From contig MCFE01000661.1 in NCBI GenBank assembly GCA_002104905.1, positions 1-49,064 on the forward strand: a stretch of 49,064 bases of DNA, read 5' to 3'. The stretch is from Basidiobolus meristosporus CBS 931.73. Taxonomy: Eukaryota; Fungi; Basidiobolomycota. This document shows, one piece after another, positions 48,456 to 49,064 of this stretch. Under the pieces are notes generated by a model, which searched no databases, had not been told where the DNA came from, and saw only the letters and a program-made list of their open reading frames with translations. The position numbers were made by a program, and so were the translations under genes. Position 1 is the first letter of the stretch. Each line of letters opens with the position of its first letter.

Positions 48456-49064
48456 TCGTACCATGCCAGGGCGCGCAGCGTGATCTGCGGTCGCAAAGAA
48501 CAATCAGGCGCAATATTATAGCTACCAGAAGGCAGGATTGTTCTTGGTCAATTTTGCACCATGCGGGACAATCTCGCACACTATGGCACAATCTGACACG
48601 ATGAGGTTGGCACAGATGATCGCGCCAACTTGTAATGTTTGCATCACGTGCGCAATTGGATACCGCTATAATGGCAGGTAAAATCCGGTATTTGGATATG
48701 TTTCTTTAATGTAAATGGAAATAAATGTGTATCACACTATAAACTACACTGATACTTACCATTTTGGTTACCCTCACTCCAATTGGACGGTATCTCAGTG
48801 GTTAATTGGTCCAAAAGTATCCTGAAGCTGGAAGCCCCCAATTGGCTCATTGACTACTGAAAAAGCTACCTGATTTGCCATCAAATATCCCATTTTGCCC
48901 ATTGAGCAAGTAAATCACTGATCCTAGTAATTGGACAAGGTGTCATAGCTAGCACGCAAGCAATTGTGTAGGTGCAAAACAGATCCAATAGCTGCACTGG
49001 TAGTACAGATGATGTATATATATGCAGGGTGTTTATTTATAGGGGTTCTGTCTCAAATGTGAGA

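Noticed and set aside
1-49064. tRNA, rRNA, CRISPR arrays, SECIS/selenocysteine readthrough
   Set aside because: No cloverleaf, rRNA or spaced-repeat pattern seen; the in-frame TGA codons occur only in decayed retroelements at Arg positions.

Overview
Eukaryotic genomic DNA, not bacterial. It is intron-rich and fungal, with GT-AG introns of about 55-95 nt; an early-diverging fungus (Basidiobolus-like Zoopagomycota or Mucoromycota) is my inference. The gene-rich part (1-38.6 kb) holds: a YcaC-like hydrolase pseudogene, TMEM208/SND2, DSK2/ubiquilin, a DUF1365 protein with a degenerate cyclopropane-synthase-like C-terminal half, a Zn2Cys6 factor, DGA1, a PH-domain protein, DCP2, PRP38B, a NEM1/Dullard-like phosphatase, mitochondrial ferredoxin YAH1, an SQS1-like G-patch protein, PSD2, and a tail-anchored coiled-coil protein. 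From about 40.2 to 48.5 kb lies a stack of decayed LTR retrotransposons (Ty1/copia, a chromodomain gypsy, a second gypsy) that is almost free of CpG. Top observations: (1) a minor-spliceosome (U12)-type intron in DCP2 with non-canonical AC...AC ends; (2) the DUF1365/Cfa-like fusion, next to a Zn2Cys6 gene and DGA1; (3) CpG loss and CGA>TGA stops confined to the retroelements; (4) a CC1-box-like, tail-anchored candidate motor adaptor. All exon structures and family calls were made by eye with no database search.
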